Below, one piece after another: positions 48,825 through 61,203 of a DNA stretch of 64,000 bases. Each line of letters opens with the position of its first letter. Position 1 is the stretch's first letter. A model generated the notes under the pieces. That model did no database searches. It was not told the DNA's origin and saw only the letters and a list, made by a program, of their open reading frames with translations. The translations under genes were made by a program, and so were the position numbers. The DNA comes from Chiloscyllium plagiosum (taxonomy: Eukaryota): NCBI RefSeq assembly GCF_004010195.1, contig NC_057718.1:82400458-82464457 (forward strand), written 5' to 3'.

Positions 48825-49720
48825 TAAGTTTGCAGATGACACCAAAATTGGAGGTGTAGTGGACAGCGAAGGAGGTTACCTCAGATTACAATGGGATCTG
48901 AACCAGATAGGCCGATGGGCTGAGGAGTGGCAGATGGAGGTTAATTTAGGTAAATGTGAGCTGTTGCATTTTGGGAAAGCAAACCTTAGCAGGACTTATA
49001 CACTTAATGGTAAGATCCTAGGGAGTGTTGCTGAACAAAGAGACCTTCGAGTGCAGGTTCATAGCTCCTTGAAGGTGGAGTCGCAGATAGATAGGATAGT
49101 GACGAAGGCGATTGGTATGCTTTCTTTTATTGGTCAGAGTATTGAGTACAGGAGTTGGTAGTATTGAGTACAGGACATTGGTTAGGCCACTTTTGGAATA
49201 TTGCATGCAATTCTGGTCTCCTTCCTATCAGAAAGATGTGAAACTTGAAAGGATTCAGAAAGGATTTACAAGGATGTTGCCAGGGCTGGAGGATTTGAGC
49301 TAAAGGGAGAGGTTTTCCCTGGAACGTCAGAGGCTTAGGGGTGACCTTGTAGAGATTTATAAAATCATGACGAGCATGGATAGGATAAATAGACAAAGGT
49401 TTTGCCCTGGGGTGGGAGAATCCAGAACTAGAGGGCATAGGTTTAAGGTGAGAGGGGAAAGATATAAAAGAGACCTAAGAGGCAACTTTTTCACGCAGAG
49501 ATTGATATATGTATGGAATGAGCTGCCAGAGGAAGTGGTGGAGGCTGGTACAATTGCAACATTTAAAAGGCATCTAGATGGATATATAAATAGGAAGGGT
49601 TTGGAGGGATATGGGCCAGGTGCTGGCAGGTGGGTCTAGATTGGATTGGGATATCTGGTTGGCATGGACTGAGTTGGACCGAATGGTCTGTTTTCATGCT
49701 GTACATCTCTATGACTCTAT
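48825..49720 (+). mobile_element. HER1/CR1 LINE 3' part
   Basis: SKFADDTKIGG, LVRPLLEYCMQFWSP, WNELPEEVVEAG, ctctatgactctat tail. Confidence 0.92.
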
Positions 49721-49786
49721 GGATGATCTGCGACTCTATGGAGACACACTGGAAGAAGCCATTGCAGACCATGATCAGGACTTATT

Positions 49787-50068
49787 GGGCAGAACAGTAA
49801 CTCAGTGGTTATCATTGTTGCCTTTCACTGCCAGGAACCCGAGTTCTATTCCACCCTCAGATGACTGTGTGGAGTGTGCATGTTCTCCCTGTGTCTGCAT
49901 GGATTTCCTCCGACAGTCTGAAGATATGCAAGTTAGATGGATTGGCCATGGGAAATGCAGGGTTACAGGGATTGGGTAGGGAAAATTGGTTTGAATGGGA
50001 TTTCTTCAGCGGGTCAGTGTGGACAGGATGGGCCAAATAGCCTGCTTCCACACTATAGGGACTGTATG
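49787..50068 (+). mobile_element. HE1 SINE
   Basis: Family motifs. Confidence 0.85.
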
Positions 50069-50179
50069 AAGTCAAGTACAGTTCAAAGGACTTTGTCCAG
50101 ATCCTAACAAGGTAAGGGCTGTACATATATTGCAGCAACTGACAGATGTGAAAGCCGTGCAACAACTGGATTTGTAAAC

Positions 50180-50700
50180 GGCTTTGTGAAGTTCTTGCTT
50201 AATTTATCATCAGAGTGTGAGCCTTTAAGCAAACCCAGCACTCAGGACATACAATGGTATGGGCGCTGAGCAAGAAGAAGCTTTCACTAGAATCAAGCAA
50301 CTAGTGATGAAAATGCTAGTGCTGAGGAATTAAGACGTCACTAATGAAGTTGCCTTGCAATGTGACACTGATGAGACAAGACTCAGAGAAATCCTTATGG
50401 ACAACCACATACATTTACAGTCAGTGTCAAATGAACATTGTTACACTCAGATAAAGCGCTTGTCTATTGTCTTTGCTTGTGAGCATGTTAATCAACATCT
50501 GGTTAGGAGAGACGGAGTCAAAGTTAAAACAAACCATTAGCCACTTCAAAGCATCTTACTCACATCTGCTCTATCTGTTTCAAAGCATCCACAAAGAATG
50601 TTACTTTGCTTGCAGAGATATCATCCGAACATGGCATATAGTAAAAAGAAATCCACATACGTGCAAATGTGCTGTTGAGAGCAGCACTCCCAAGGAAGAA
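50180..50700 (+). mobile_element. Gypsy RNase H remnant
   Basis: LQCDT, YTQI..SIVFACE, TNH*PL and QRMLLCLQRY-like motifs. Confidence 0.7.
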
Positions 50701-51254
50701 AGTTGAAGATGTGAAGATAGAGTCTGGAATCTTCCAAACAGAACCAGAAGTAAACACTTGACTTGCTTTGGAACCCCTTAACCCAGCAGAGACCTTGGGC
50801 TGAAATTTAGCAGAGATCAGCTAATTGTCAGTTTTGATGAGTTTCATGGAGGGTTCTTGGCTGTGAGCCCTGGAAGGTTTTCTCATGCTATCACCTGCAA
50901 CTCATGTCATTGTCAATGCACCATGTGTACACAATGCCTTGTTTATCCTATCGACCCTCTCTCTACAGGCAGAGGTACTGCCCACTACTGAAACCTCCCA
51001 GGATTTCCAACACATTTTTATAGCTCACCATGTACCCAGGTCAAGCATTGCCAGGCAGAACAATGACCTTCACTGTGCCCATTGTAGGAGTAGTCAGCTC
51101 AGTTGGCTGGACGTCAGAGTGACACCAACAGGGTGGGATCAATTCCCGCTGCAGCTGAGATTACCATAAAGGACTCTTCTCCTCAACCTTTCTCCTGAGT
51201 GGTGACCCTGTTGTTGAACCACCTCCAGTCAATTCTCTCTAATGAGCAGAGTAG

Positions 51255-51715
51255 AGTAGCTGTTTATTTGTCATTACTCCCATATACAACTGATACAGTA
51301 AAAATGAGACAGCACAGGACTGAGGGTGCTACATGGACAGCACAAACTACACACTCATACATGGCATAAAGTGCATAAGAAGTGCAAAATATGCAAGTTA
51401 TAGTGTAATGGAAGAATGATAAATAATCAACATTTTTCTAGCAGCAATTCAAAGTCATGCAAAGACTTTCAGATGGGAAAGAGTCCGATTATACAGTGTT
51501 AAGGAGCCGTATGGCTCAGGGGAAGAAACTGTTGCACACTGTGGCTGTGAGAAATTGTATGCTCCAGTATGTTCTGCCAGATGGCAGGAGGGAGAGGAGT
51601 TTGAGTGAGGGGTGTGTGGTGTCTTCCACTATGCTCTTAGCCTTTCAGATGCAGCTGTGTGGTGTAATGGAGGGAAGAGAGATCCCGATGATCTTCTCAG
51701 CTGTCCTCACTCTCC
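51255..51715 (-). mobile_element. Rex1/Babar-type 3' end
   Basis: Minus-strand LPSGRTY...NSFFP*AIRLLN-like C-terminus and ttttactgtatc...tgacaaataaa tail. Confidence 0.7.
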
Positions 51716-52384
51716 GAATGAGAGAACAACCCTATGGTCCAGTAGGACAATGGTGACTCTACCTTTTATAAGGGGTAGGGGATCAAAAAAAATGTATCTG
51801 AGGGCACATAGGTGGCACGACAGTCATTCCATTGCAAAGGCAAGTGCACATTTGTAAATGTATTGCTATTTAAGAACCAAGTGTAGAAAGGTTACCCAGC
51901 CTTAGCATTGTCCTATCTTAGAGCCCTGTTTAAAGGGACTGTTACTCTTACACACTCAGCGCACCCTAACCTTTTCTCACTGTTCAATGTGGGAGCATCA
52001 CATACTGGACATCTTTCAAATGGTTAAAACTATTCACTTTTATTTAGCAGCAGTAAAAGTGAAGGAAAGCTGCATTTGTTTCCGGGAACAAACAATAACT
52101 GCTTGCTTTTGACCAGCAACAAATTTATGGTCAATGAATGAACACTCCACCCAACTCACATCCTTTGGAAGTGGCTCTCAATTGGTCGCTTCTTGTGGCT
52201 GACAGTGCTGTGCTTTGTCATACAGAAGGTGTGTTCCTCCGGCTCAATGACTTCACATTCCTCTCAGAAGGAGACTGCTGCCACTCTCCCTCTGCTTCAG
52301 TATCCATCACATAACCTCCTTGCCTGGTTGAGTGATACAAAGCTCCTCCAGCAATCTGGAAGCGGTGGTGAGAGCAGACCTTAC

Positions 52385-52947
52385 AAAATGGCGGCGCCAG
52401 CAAGATGATATCTTGGAGGACAACAGCCAGAGCAGGACACTTGGCAACTCAGCAGTAACGGCCTGGTCTGGCAGAGAAACCATGGACACCTGGTTGCGGT
52501 AGGTCCCCAGGAGACTGGGGACTCCTTGTGTTGGCGAGGTTGCGGCTGCAATGGTGCGCCTGGAGCTGGGACTCCTGGCGTTATCGAGGCAGCAGGGGAG
52601 TCAGGGACTCCCGGTTACATGGCGAGCGTAAGTTCAGGATGGAACCTGGCATCGGCGGCAGCAACAAGGTGTGCCCAGTGGTGAAGAGATGGCATCTAAA
52701 GAGTGGCAGCTCCTAAATTGGTGGATCCAGTGCAGGCAGCGGCAAGGAGGGGGTGGCAAAGCAGGTGTCATTGGTGAGCTGGCTCAGAGCTCTCTTTTAG
52801 TTATATCTTTTATCCCTTTTATTCTTAAACTATTCAAACTGGTGCCAGGTCGTGCCAACTGCTGAAGCTTTTCACTGTATTTCATTGTGTAATTCACTGG
52901 AAAATGCAAGTGCCAATGAAATAAATCATTCACTCATTCATTCATTC
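52385..52947 (+). mobile_element. GC-rich non-autonomous retroposon with a Rex1-like tail
   Basis: Begins near aaaatggcggcgcc; ends cttttcactgtat...aataaa-(cattc/attc)n, like the Rex1 tails at 57940 and 26660. Confidence 0.55.
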
Positions 52948-54524
52948 TATGTACAACTAGGGAGGCTACAGGCAGCATATTAGAATGAAGTAATTGCACT
53001 ACCTACGCAGAATACAGAACAATCGTTGATCCTAGAGATTCACTGTACACTAGGAACAGCAGTTAACATGACAACAGCTGTCAAGACAAGTATAACGCTT
53101 CCAGAAAAGCAACACTACCCTAGGAACAAGCAGATGTCAAACAAACAGCCTACAACAATGTACGCACATTCCATTAGGAACTGTGTTTCATCTAAGCTGC
53201 ACAGACATGCAGCTGTTACACACGCATTGATCAACATACCAATGTCATTTTGGGCATCGACATCTGATTTTGGAAGCCATTGCAAAGTAGGGAACCTCGG
53301 AGATCTGCACAACTGAAAAAATGATCAGAGAGAGCATTGATTAGGCGACATGCTTGATTTAAGGACCAAATACGAAGTGCATCTGCAGAGACTGATGAAA
53401 GTGAAACTGATCAGAATTAATACACAGTTTTGTTAATGCACTTTTTTTGGACATACATGCAAAACTTTTAACAGCGTATAATAGCACATGCGAATTTTTC
53501 TTTTATGAAAAGTGAGGCATTTGGAGAAATGCATTTGTTTTCAGTGTAATGGCTAGCTTGCTGCAGTCACATGATCTCTCCTGCTGCTGCAAATGCCCAG
53601 TCTATGGGAGCCATTAAACACACATCACTTTTGTTTTTGCTATTTCCTTGCTTGCTCAGTAGTGTGCAATACATTTGTCTGCAGTTACAAACTAAAAGAA
53701 GAGATAGTGTTCTGCAACTTCTTTAAGGGCCATCTGGAGGTTCCATAAGCACATAATCAATCCATTGCTGAAGAAATCTGTCAGGTTTATTTTTTTTTGA
53801 TGATGTGTATGTTTGCAGGGTATGTGGAGACATTCTTGAGGACATAAGCTGTGAAGAGTCAGCTATTTTAGCAACATAAAGCTGCAAGGGGTAAAGCAGC
53901 AAGAATTTAAAGATTTTGAAATGTAACATTATCTACTTTTACTTATTCATTTTGTACTTTCAAAAGCTGGCTGAAACAATACCATCCATCACAGTACACT
54001 GAGACACATCCGTCACTCAAACAGCACTCAAGCAAATTACAGGCAATTCACTTACGTGATTCTCCACATGGAACACTTGAGGTCAAGGCTTTAAAAGTAA
54101 TTTCAAACTCAAAATCTATTCTGTCCATAAAAATCTTTAGTTAAAGACTTCTTTTGTTTCAAAAAAAACCTAATTCATTCTGTAAATTTGCGAAACATTA
54201 CAAAGTATTTCAACTTGAAAATTACAGAAGCCGTAACAATTTTCAACTTGTCTCCATGCAGTGTGACCCACTTTCAGGCACCTCAACACGATTGTCATAG
54301 TCTTAATATTTACAACATACATTTGATGTCAGGCATACCTTCCAAGTGTGAAATATTTCAAAATTAAAATTACTGGAAGTGAAAAAGAGGTAAACTTTAC
54401 TCACTGCACCATGTTCCTTTCTGAGATGTTTAATTACAACTTCAGTACTCTTTATGGCATTCCTTGTCAGGCACACAGCAAGATGGATTCTATAGTTTCC
54501 AACCCCTCTGTAGCTGAAAAGCCG

Positions 54525-55020
54525 TAGACTGCAGATCTGTTCCCTGTTGTTCCTCTGTGGTAGCTGCCTCAAGCTTTAGTATGTCCCTCAACATGTGGTC
54601 TAGGGCCTTGAAAAATGCCAGTCTGCAATAGTCTACTGAGGACAACACCTTACGCTGGAAGACCAGCAAGTTGCAAGCAGCTCAATGAGCGTCTTTCATA
54701 GTGTTAATGCTTCTCTAGCTATAGTTGCTGTTTGTCTCAGTGTGGGAACACAAGAGCCCAGAGTCCTGCATCATGAAGCTGCTCAGGCCGAACCGTGACA
54801 AAAATAAATACACCTCTCTCCAGATCATTTTTGCAAAGGCACATGATGGACACCAGTCTCTTTCCCAACCCCTTGACATCAGCATGTGTAGGGATTGAGA
54901 CACGAGGCATGTATGAGGAATAAATAGAGAAGGACCCTTTTCATCAACAGCCAAGCTATGTTTTGGTGCTTGTTGTAAATCCTGGTGAAGAGATATTCTT
55001 TGACAGTCTGTCTGGTGAAT
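54525..55020 (-). mobile_element. Old Tx1 LINE C-terminus
   Basis: CAFAKMIWRE..HTETN..INTMKDA..NLLVFQRK..CRLAF..LRDILKL, homologous to 1-253 and 19294-19460. Confidence 0.8.
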
Positions 55021-55059
55021 CAAATTTCTCTTTCACACAAGGTCTCTGGGGTGTTATGC

Positions 55060-56660
55060 GATGAATTAGGAGCAGGAGTAAATCACTTGGTCTTCTTGCC
55101 CACATCGCCATTGAACAGGATCATAGCTGATCTGATTGGGCTTCATTCTTGCCTATTCCTGATCACTTTTGATCCATTTTTTTTTCAAGAAGTAATTTTC
55201 CTCTGTCTGAAAAGTATTTAAGGACTCTTAACAGCCTTTTGAGGAAGAGAATTCGAAAGATTCACAACCTTATCTCTGTTTGGAATGAGCTACCTCTTAT
55301 TTTTACATAGTAACACCAAGTTCTAGATTCTCCCACATGAGGAACATCCTTCCCACATCCACTCTGTCTGAACAATTCAGGATTTTACATTTTTCAATCT
55401 AGTTGCCTCTTGCTACGTTGAACTCAGCTGATATAAACTTAGCATGTCCACCCTTTCCTCACAAGACAAATTAGTCTGAAAAACCTTCTCTGCTTTTAAT
55501 GCACTTAGATCCTTCCTTAGATAATGAAGACTCCAGATGGGGTCCCATTAAAGCCCTGTATAACTGAAATATAATCTCCCTAATTTTGTATTTTATTCCC
55601 CTCAGAATAAAACAAAACCTTCTATTTGTTTTCCTAATTAGTTTCTGCACCTGCACACTAGCCTTTTGTGTTCATGCATGAGATATTTAAGAGCTCTGAA
55701 ATCTCTCATCATTTAGTGCTTTCCCTATTTTCCTATTTTACACTCAATTTTCCAAACCTTTATCCTATTTATATCCCTTTGTAGCCTTCTTATATCCTCT
55801 TCATAACTTACTTTCCTACCTAACATTGTGTCATTAGCAAATGTAGCAACCATATCTTAGATCCCTTCAGCCAATTGACTTGTATGAATTGCAAAAGTCG
55901 GAGGCATATCTTTTCCAAACAGAAAATGGCCAACTATCTCTATTCTGTTTCTTGTTAGCTAACCTGTCTAGCTTTGCAGATATGATAGCCTCAGCACCTT
56001 AACATTTCATTTTCCACTATAACTTTTTATGTGGTAACTTACCTATACCTTCTGGAAATCCAAGACCAGTATATCCACCAATTCCCCCTTTATCATTGTT
56101 ACTTTTTCAAATGACTCCAATAAATTGGTGAAACATGATTTCCCTTCCATGTTGACTCTGCTTGATTACCTTGAACTTATCCAAGTGCTCTGCTGTAACA
56201 TCTTTCAGAGTTGTTTCTACGATCTTCTCCATGACAAATATTAAGCCTATAGCTTCCTGCTTTATTTTTCCTTCCCTATTTGAATAAAGGAGTTAACGCT
56301 CATTATTTTCCAAACTAATGGGAACCTTACCCAAATCTTGGAAAATTAAAATCAAAGCTTCAACTATTTCATTAGTCATTTCTTTTTTTTAAATTCGAGA
56401 CTGTGGTGCTGGAAAAGCACAGCAGGTCAGACAGCATCTGAGGAGCAGGACTATTGACATTTCGGGCAAAAGCCCTTCATCAGGAAAGGTTTCCATCTCC
56501 TTATTTTCTATTATTAATTGCCCAAATTCAATTTCTATGACACCAAAATTCAAAATCAATACCTTTTTAAAATATAGAACCATTTTCTATATTTTCTCTT
56601 CTACTTCAATTTCCCCTCCTTATTAATTTTCTCATCATTCTTTGTTAGGTTTTATACTCT
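55060..56660 (-). mobile_element. Old CR1 LINE with a PLE family A fragment (about 56395-56487)
   Basis: FILRGIKYK..QLYRALMGPHLE; minus strand CTGATGAagggcttttgcccGAAATGTC at 56455-56484. Confidence 0.8.
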
Positions 56661-56671
56661 GTATATTTTGA

Positions 56672-57185
56672 CTTAGCGCAGTTTTGGTCTCCTCACCTCA
56701 GGAAGGATATCATTGCCATCGAGGGAGTGCAGTGAAAGTTCACCAGACTTGATCCCAGAATGGCAGGACTGTCTGATGAAGAGAGATTGGGCAAACCTGG
56801 GCTGTATTCTCTGGAGTTTTGAAGAATGAGGGCAGATCTCATTGAAACTTACAAAATACTTCAAGGGATAGACAGATGCAAGTAATACATAACCCTGGGT
56901 CGGGGAGTCTAGAACCCGGAAGGGCTACAATTTAAAAGTAAGAGGGATGCCACTTAGATCCAAGATTAAGAGAAATGTTTTCCTCAAAGGGCTGTGAACT
57001 TTTGGAATGATCTACCACTGAGGACTGTGAAAGCTCAGTCTTTGATTATGTTTAAGGTAGAGGTTGATAGATTTCTGAGTTCCAATGGCATATGGGGTAA
57101 AGGGTGGTTAAGGCATTGAACTGTTCAGCTGTGATCCTGTTGAATGGTGATAGGCTCAACAGGCTGTATGGCCAATTCTTCTTCT
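56672..57185 (+). mobile_element. CR1 3' end
   Basis: QFWSPHLRKDI, DLIETYKIL motifs. Confidence 0.85.
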
Positions 57186-57187
57186 TT

Positions 57188-57499
57188 TTAGATTACTTAC
57201 AGTGTGGAAACAGGCCCTTCGGCCCAACAGGTCCACACGGACCCTCCGAAGAGTAACCCACCCAGACCCATCTCCCTCTGACTAATGCACCTAACACTAT
57301 ATGCAATTTAGCACAGTCAATTCACCTGACCTGCACATCTTTGTGACTGTGGGAGGAAAACAGAGCACCCGGAGGAAACCCACGCAGACACAGGGAGAAT
57401 GTGCAAACTCCACACAGACAGTCACCCGAGGCTGGGATTGAACCTGGGACCCTGGTGCTGTGAGGCAGCAGTGCTAACCACTGAGCCACCGTGCCACCC
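57188..57499 (-). mobile_element. HE1 SINE (young)
   Basis: Near-consensus copy, CpG retained. Confidence 0.95.
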
Positions 57500-57659
57500 A
57501 AAGTATGTTCAACACAAACCTCTCCATGAGCGTAGGTGGTATGGCATGACTCAGCTACTTGTAGCGTGCAATGTAGCCAGTCCCATGCTATGCAACACCA
57601 GGGACAGGTCGATTCACAACAGATAGTGAACCTAGGTGTTTGTGTTCCATGGTTCTATG

Positions 57660-58002
57660 TACAGCCCAAGACACTAACATAATCAAAGTCCCTTCCCACC
57701 CTGGTTATAATCTCATCCAACCTTGTCTGTCAAGGAGAAGTTACAAAAGCTTAAACACACAAACTAACAGATTCAAGAACAGTGTTTGCCCGCAGTTATT
57801 TGACTTCTCAAATCTTAAATTTAATGTTGACCTCGCACTGTGTGCACCCTCTCTGCAGCTGTAACATTGTATTCTTGGCTCTGTTCTATTACCCTATGCA
57901 TTTTATATATGATCTGCCTGTACTGCATGCAAAACAAAACTTTTCACTGTATCTAGGTACATGTAACAATAATAAATCAAATCAAATCAAATCAAATCAA
58001 AC
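57660..58002 (+). mobile_element. Rex1/Babar-type 3' end with (aatca)n tail
   Basis: PSHPGY..SRRSYKSL..TNRFKNS; cttttcactgtatc...(aaatc)5. Confidence 0.85.
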
Positions 58003-59129
58003 TAAGGTGGCAACCAGGATAAGCGTGGTGTTGGGTACATCTTTTTCTCCTTCTTGTAGAGATTAGTACATCGTGTGTCTGGAACTACAGCCCTTAGTAA
58101 CCTGCAGATAAAGAGGAAGATGGTGCGGGATGTCATCACAGTACAGAAGTGGGGAAGGGCCGATGCAGTGCCACATACAGCAACACTGTACTTTGCAGCT
58201 GATGCCCAAGCTCTAACCTGCAATGGAGAGGAAGTGGTCTCTCACATACCCGGCACTTTTTCTTTGACCATAGCTATTTATTCCTTCTGATTTAAAGACA
58301 TTCATACCTGCATCCCAACACCCCATTCCCAACCTGAATCATATACCCTGTATCTTCAAATAATTCGACTGGACAATGAAGAGAACAAAAAAATCAGTCC
58401 GCCTAGTTCCCAAATTATATGACTATCACTTACCTAAAAACTGGTGGGAAATGTTAGTCTGACAGTGCTTGGATCTGAGTAGGAGATAGTGACATTATCT
58501 ATACACAAGGAGGCTTTGACCTGAGCACCTCCACGAAGAGCATAAAACAAAGATTTCAATGTCCTGAAGTGTTTATTAACTAACAAGTATGATATTTGTG
58601 ACAAGCTGAAGAACCAACTCCTGAAACCATTGTGACAAACTAACAATTTGCTTTATAACTCAGAGTACAAAAAAGCAGCACTATTGAGGCCGTTCAATCA
58701 CTGAAAACTCACTTACAGATGGCAGAACATTGACTGGAAAAAGCAACAGTCCTTTCAGCTGTAAAACTTTCCATGTTTTGGAAATTCATATCCAGTCAAA
58801 TTCAGTCGACACTGCATTTGGGAAAACAGTTTTCTTTTCAGCACTCATCAGCTCTCTGTTGTAATTGTATATTAGGTTTGTGTGTTAAGATAATATTTTG
58901 GACAAGATTGTGTAATGATTTAAACATATGTTTATGTGAATTTATAAATCATGTTAGGAAGTGATGTAATGTCACATGCTTTAGTCCGCCTTGCAGTCAG
59001 TAGCATGAGCGAGAATCAAGAAGTCTCCCAATAAAGCTTTGTATCCAACCTGATGGCAATCTTTCAACTCTGTTTGTATAAATCGAAATCCCCAGATACT
59101 ACAACCATCCCAGTATATTTAAAAACGTT

Positions 59130-59870
59130 GGATTTATATTATCTTTTCCATGACTACCAGAAGTCTCAAAGCATTTTCCATCCACTGAAATTTGTTTGAA
59201 ATGTTGTCATTTTGCTGTAGAAAATGAGACAAACAATTTAAGCACAGCAGACTGCTACAAATAGCAATGTGTAAAGGAGGAGATAGTGTTTTCCTTTATT
59301 CATGTGGGCATCACTGTCTAGGCAGCATTTATTGCCCATTCAGAGGGCAGTTAGAAATCAACCACATTGCTGTGGGTCTGGAGTCACATGTAGGCCAGAC
59401 CAGGTAAGGATGGTCGCTTCCTCCCCTAATGAACATTAATGAACCAGATGGGCTTTTCCAACAATCAGCAATGGATTCATGGTCATCACTGGATTCTTAA
59501 TTATAGATTTTCTTTTATTCAATCCAAATTTTATCATCTGCAATGGAAGGATTTGTATTTGGGTTCCCAGAACATTATTTGGGTTTCTGGATTAACAGTC
59601 CAGCAACTACACTACTAAGCCATTGCCTCCCTTTTTGTAACATTGATTGTAGAGTGAATATTGGCCAAGGTAACAGGGAGAACTCATTTGGTCTTCTTCA
59701 GAAGATTAGCCTCTGACATCTTTGACATTCACAAGAATAGAGAGATGTAGTCTTGGGTTCATCCAAAAGCACTCCTCACTCATGTGTTAGTCTCTGCACT
59801 CAGTTGCTGAATGGGGAATTGAACTGATCTGTTGTGACTCCAAGACAGAAAGTGAGCTATAGCAGTCACC
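59130..59870 (-). mobile_element. Deu-domain SINE split by a Meta-domain-like SINE (59295-59630)
   Basis: gaatattggccaagg..gggagaactc (Deu) resumes after an insert carrying ccttacctggtctggcctacatgtgactccagacccacagcaatgtggttg on the minus strand. Confidence 0.7.
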
Positions 59871-60119
59871 CATGTTTTGCACAAATGCTAAAGCACAGAT
59901 ATGCCTTGTCTAAACTCTGTAACATTTGAGGCAAAATGTGAGATGCTTCTCTGACTTCATTCATTGTCAATAAGGAGCCCCTGAAGCAGCCTCCCTCACA
60001 AGTTATATCCTCACTGATTCAAACAAAATTTCAGCTTTAAAGTAACTTTCCTCAGCAGCTTCCTGGAGAGAGCAACAAAATCTCACAATTCAATAGAAAG
60101 TGTGCTGGATAATTAGTTT

Positions 60120-60765
60120 CAAAAGATGTTGTGAAACCTGAAGGTGTTCAGAAAAGATTTACAAGAATGTTGCTGGAGTTAGAGGATTTGAGCAATAGGA
60201 AGAGGCTGAATAGGCTGGGGCTGCTTTCCCTAGAGTCAAAATTGGAGTGGTGCTGGAAAAGTACAGCAGGTCAGGCAGCATCCGAGGAGCAGGAGCCCTC
60301 ATTCTTGACGAAAGGCTTTTGCCCGAAACGTCAATTTTCCTGCTCCTCGGAAGCTGCCTGACCTGCTGTGTTTTTCCAGCACCACTCTAATCTTGACTCT
60401 AATCTCCAACATCTGTAGTCCCCACTTCTGCCTGTTTTCCCTGGAACATAGGAACCTGAGGGAGGACCTTATAGAGATTTACAAAATCATGAAGGACATG
60501 GTCTTTTTCCCAAGGTAGGGTTGAGCATATTTTCAAAATAGTTAGATTTTGAAATTCTCTCTCTCAAGCAAACAGAGGAGACTATTTCACTGAATGTATT
60601 CAAGGCTGCATTGGGCATCTTTTTGATTGACAAGGGAGACAAGGATCAGCATAAAGTCAAGAAGGTGGACCTAAGGTCATGTCAGATCAGCCATGATCTT
60701 ATTGACGGGCACAGCAAGCTCAAAGGGCTGAATTGTCTACCTCTGTTTCTAATTGTTATGTTCCT
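60120..60765 (+). mobile_element. CR1 3' end split by a PLE family A fold-back (about 60232-60430)
   Basis: VQKRFTRML..RLGLLSLE, resuming at GDLIEIYKIM-like sequence; insert has inverted arms, a degenerate hammerhead and approximate TSD ctg(c/t)tttccct(a/g)ga. Confidence 0.85.
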
Positions 60766-60831
60766 GTGTAAGATGTCCCTCCTCCCATTGGCATGCTGAC
60801 AGATACACTCTCACTGTGTCTGTGTGTACTA

Positions 60832-61005
60832 CAGAGGAACTTTGATTATCCGGCATTCAATTATCCAAATATCGGATTATCCGGCAAGATCGCAAGGTCC
60901 TGATGCTCGGCTAAACTATGTTATCTGGCATTAAATCACCTGGAATTCCATTAACCGAACAAAATACTCCCCACCTGTGTCCTTTGGATAATTCAGGCTC
61001 CTCTG
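60832..61005. mobile_element. pogo/Tigger-type MITE
   Basis: ta|cagaggaac...gctcctctg|ta; internal ttatcc repeats. Confidence 0.8.
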
Positions 61006-61203
61006 TATTGGAAAGGGAACAGGTTCTAACCTAACCAATTGGATGATTGTTGATTCACAGTCAAATAATGTTTCCAAAACCCTATGTCTTAACTTCAATG
61101 ATTCTCAAACTGATAAAGAGTTAAAGACTTAAACAACAAGCCACAATTTCATTTTTAATGCCCCTATGATTTTACTTCTGGAGTTATTTGCACCCTTTAA
61201 TTT

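Noticed and set aside
1811..57626. Recurring ORFs containing CKLHTDS or RRIDVSGISPSSG as a paralogous gene family
   Set aside because: They are translations of HE1 SINEs and PLE terminal repeats.
58060..58290. Open frame after a strong acceptor (ccttcttgtag)
   Set aside because: Equally good acceptors exist on the opposite strand, and the peptide is unrecognised.
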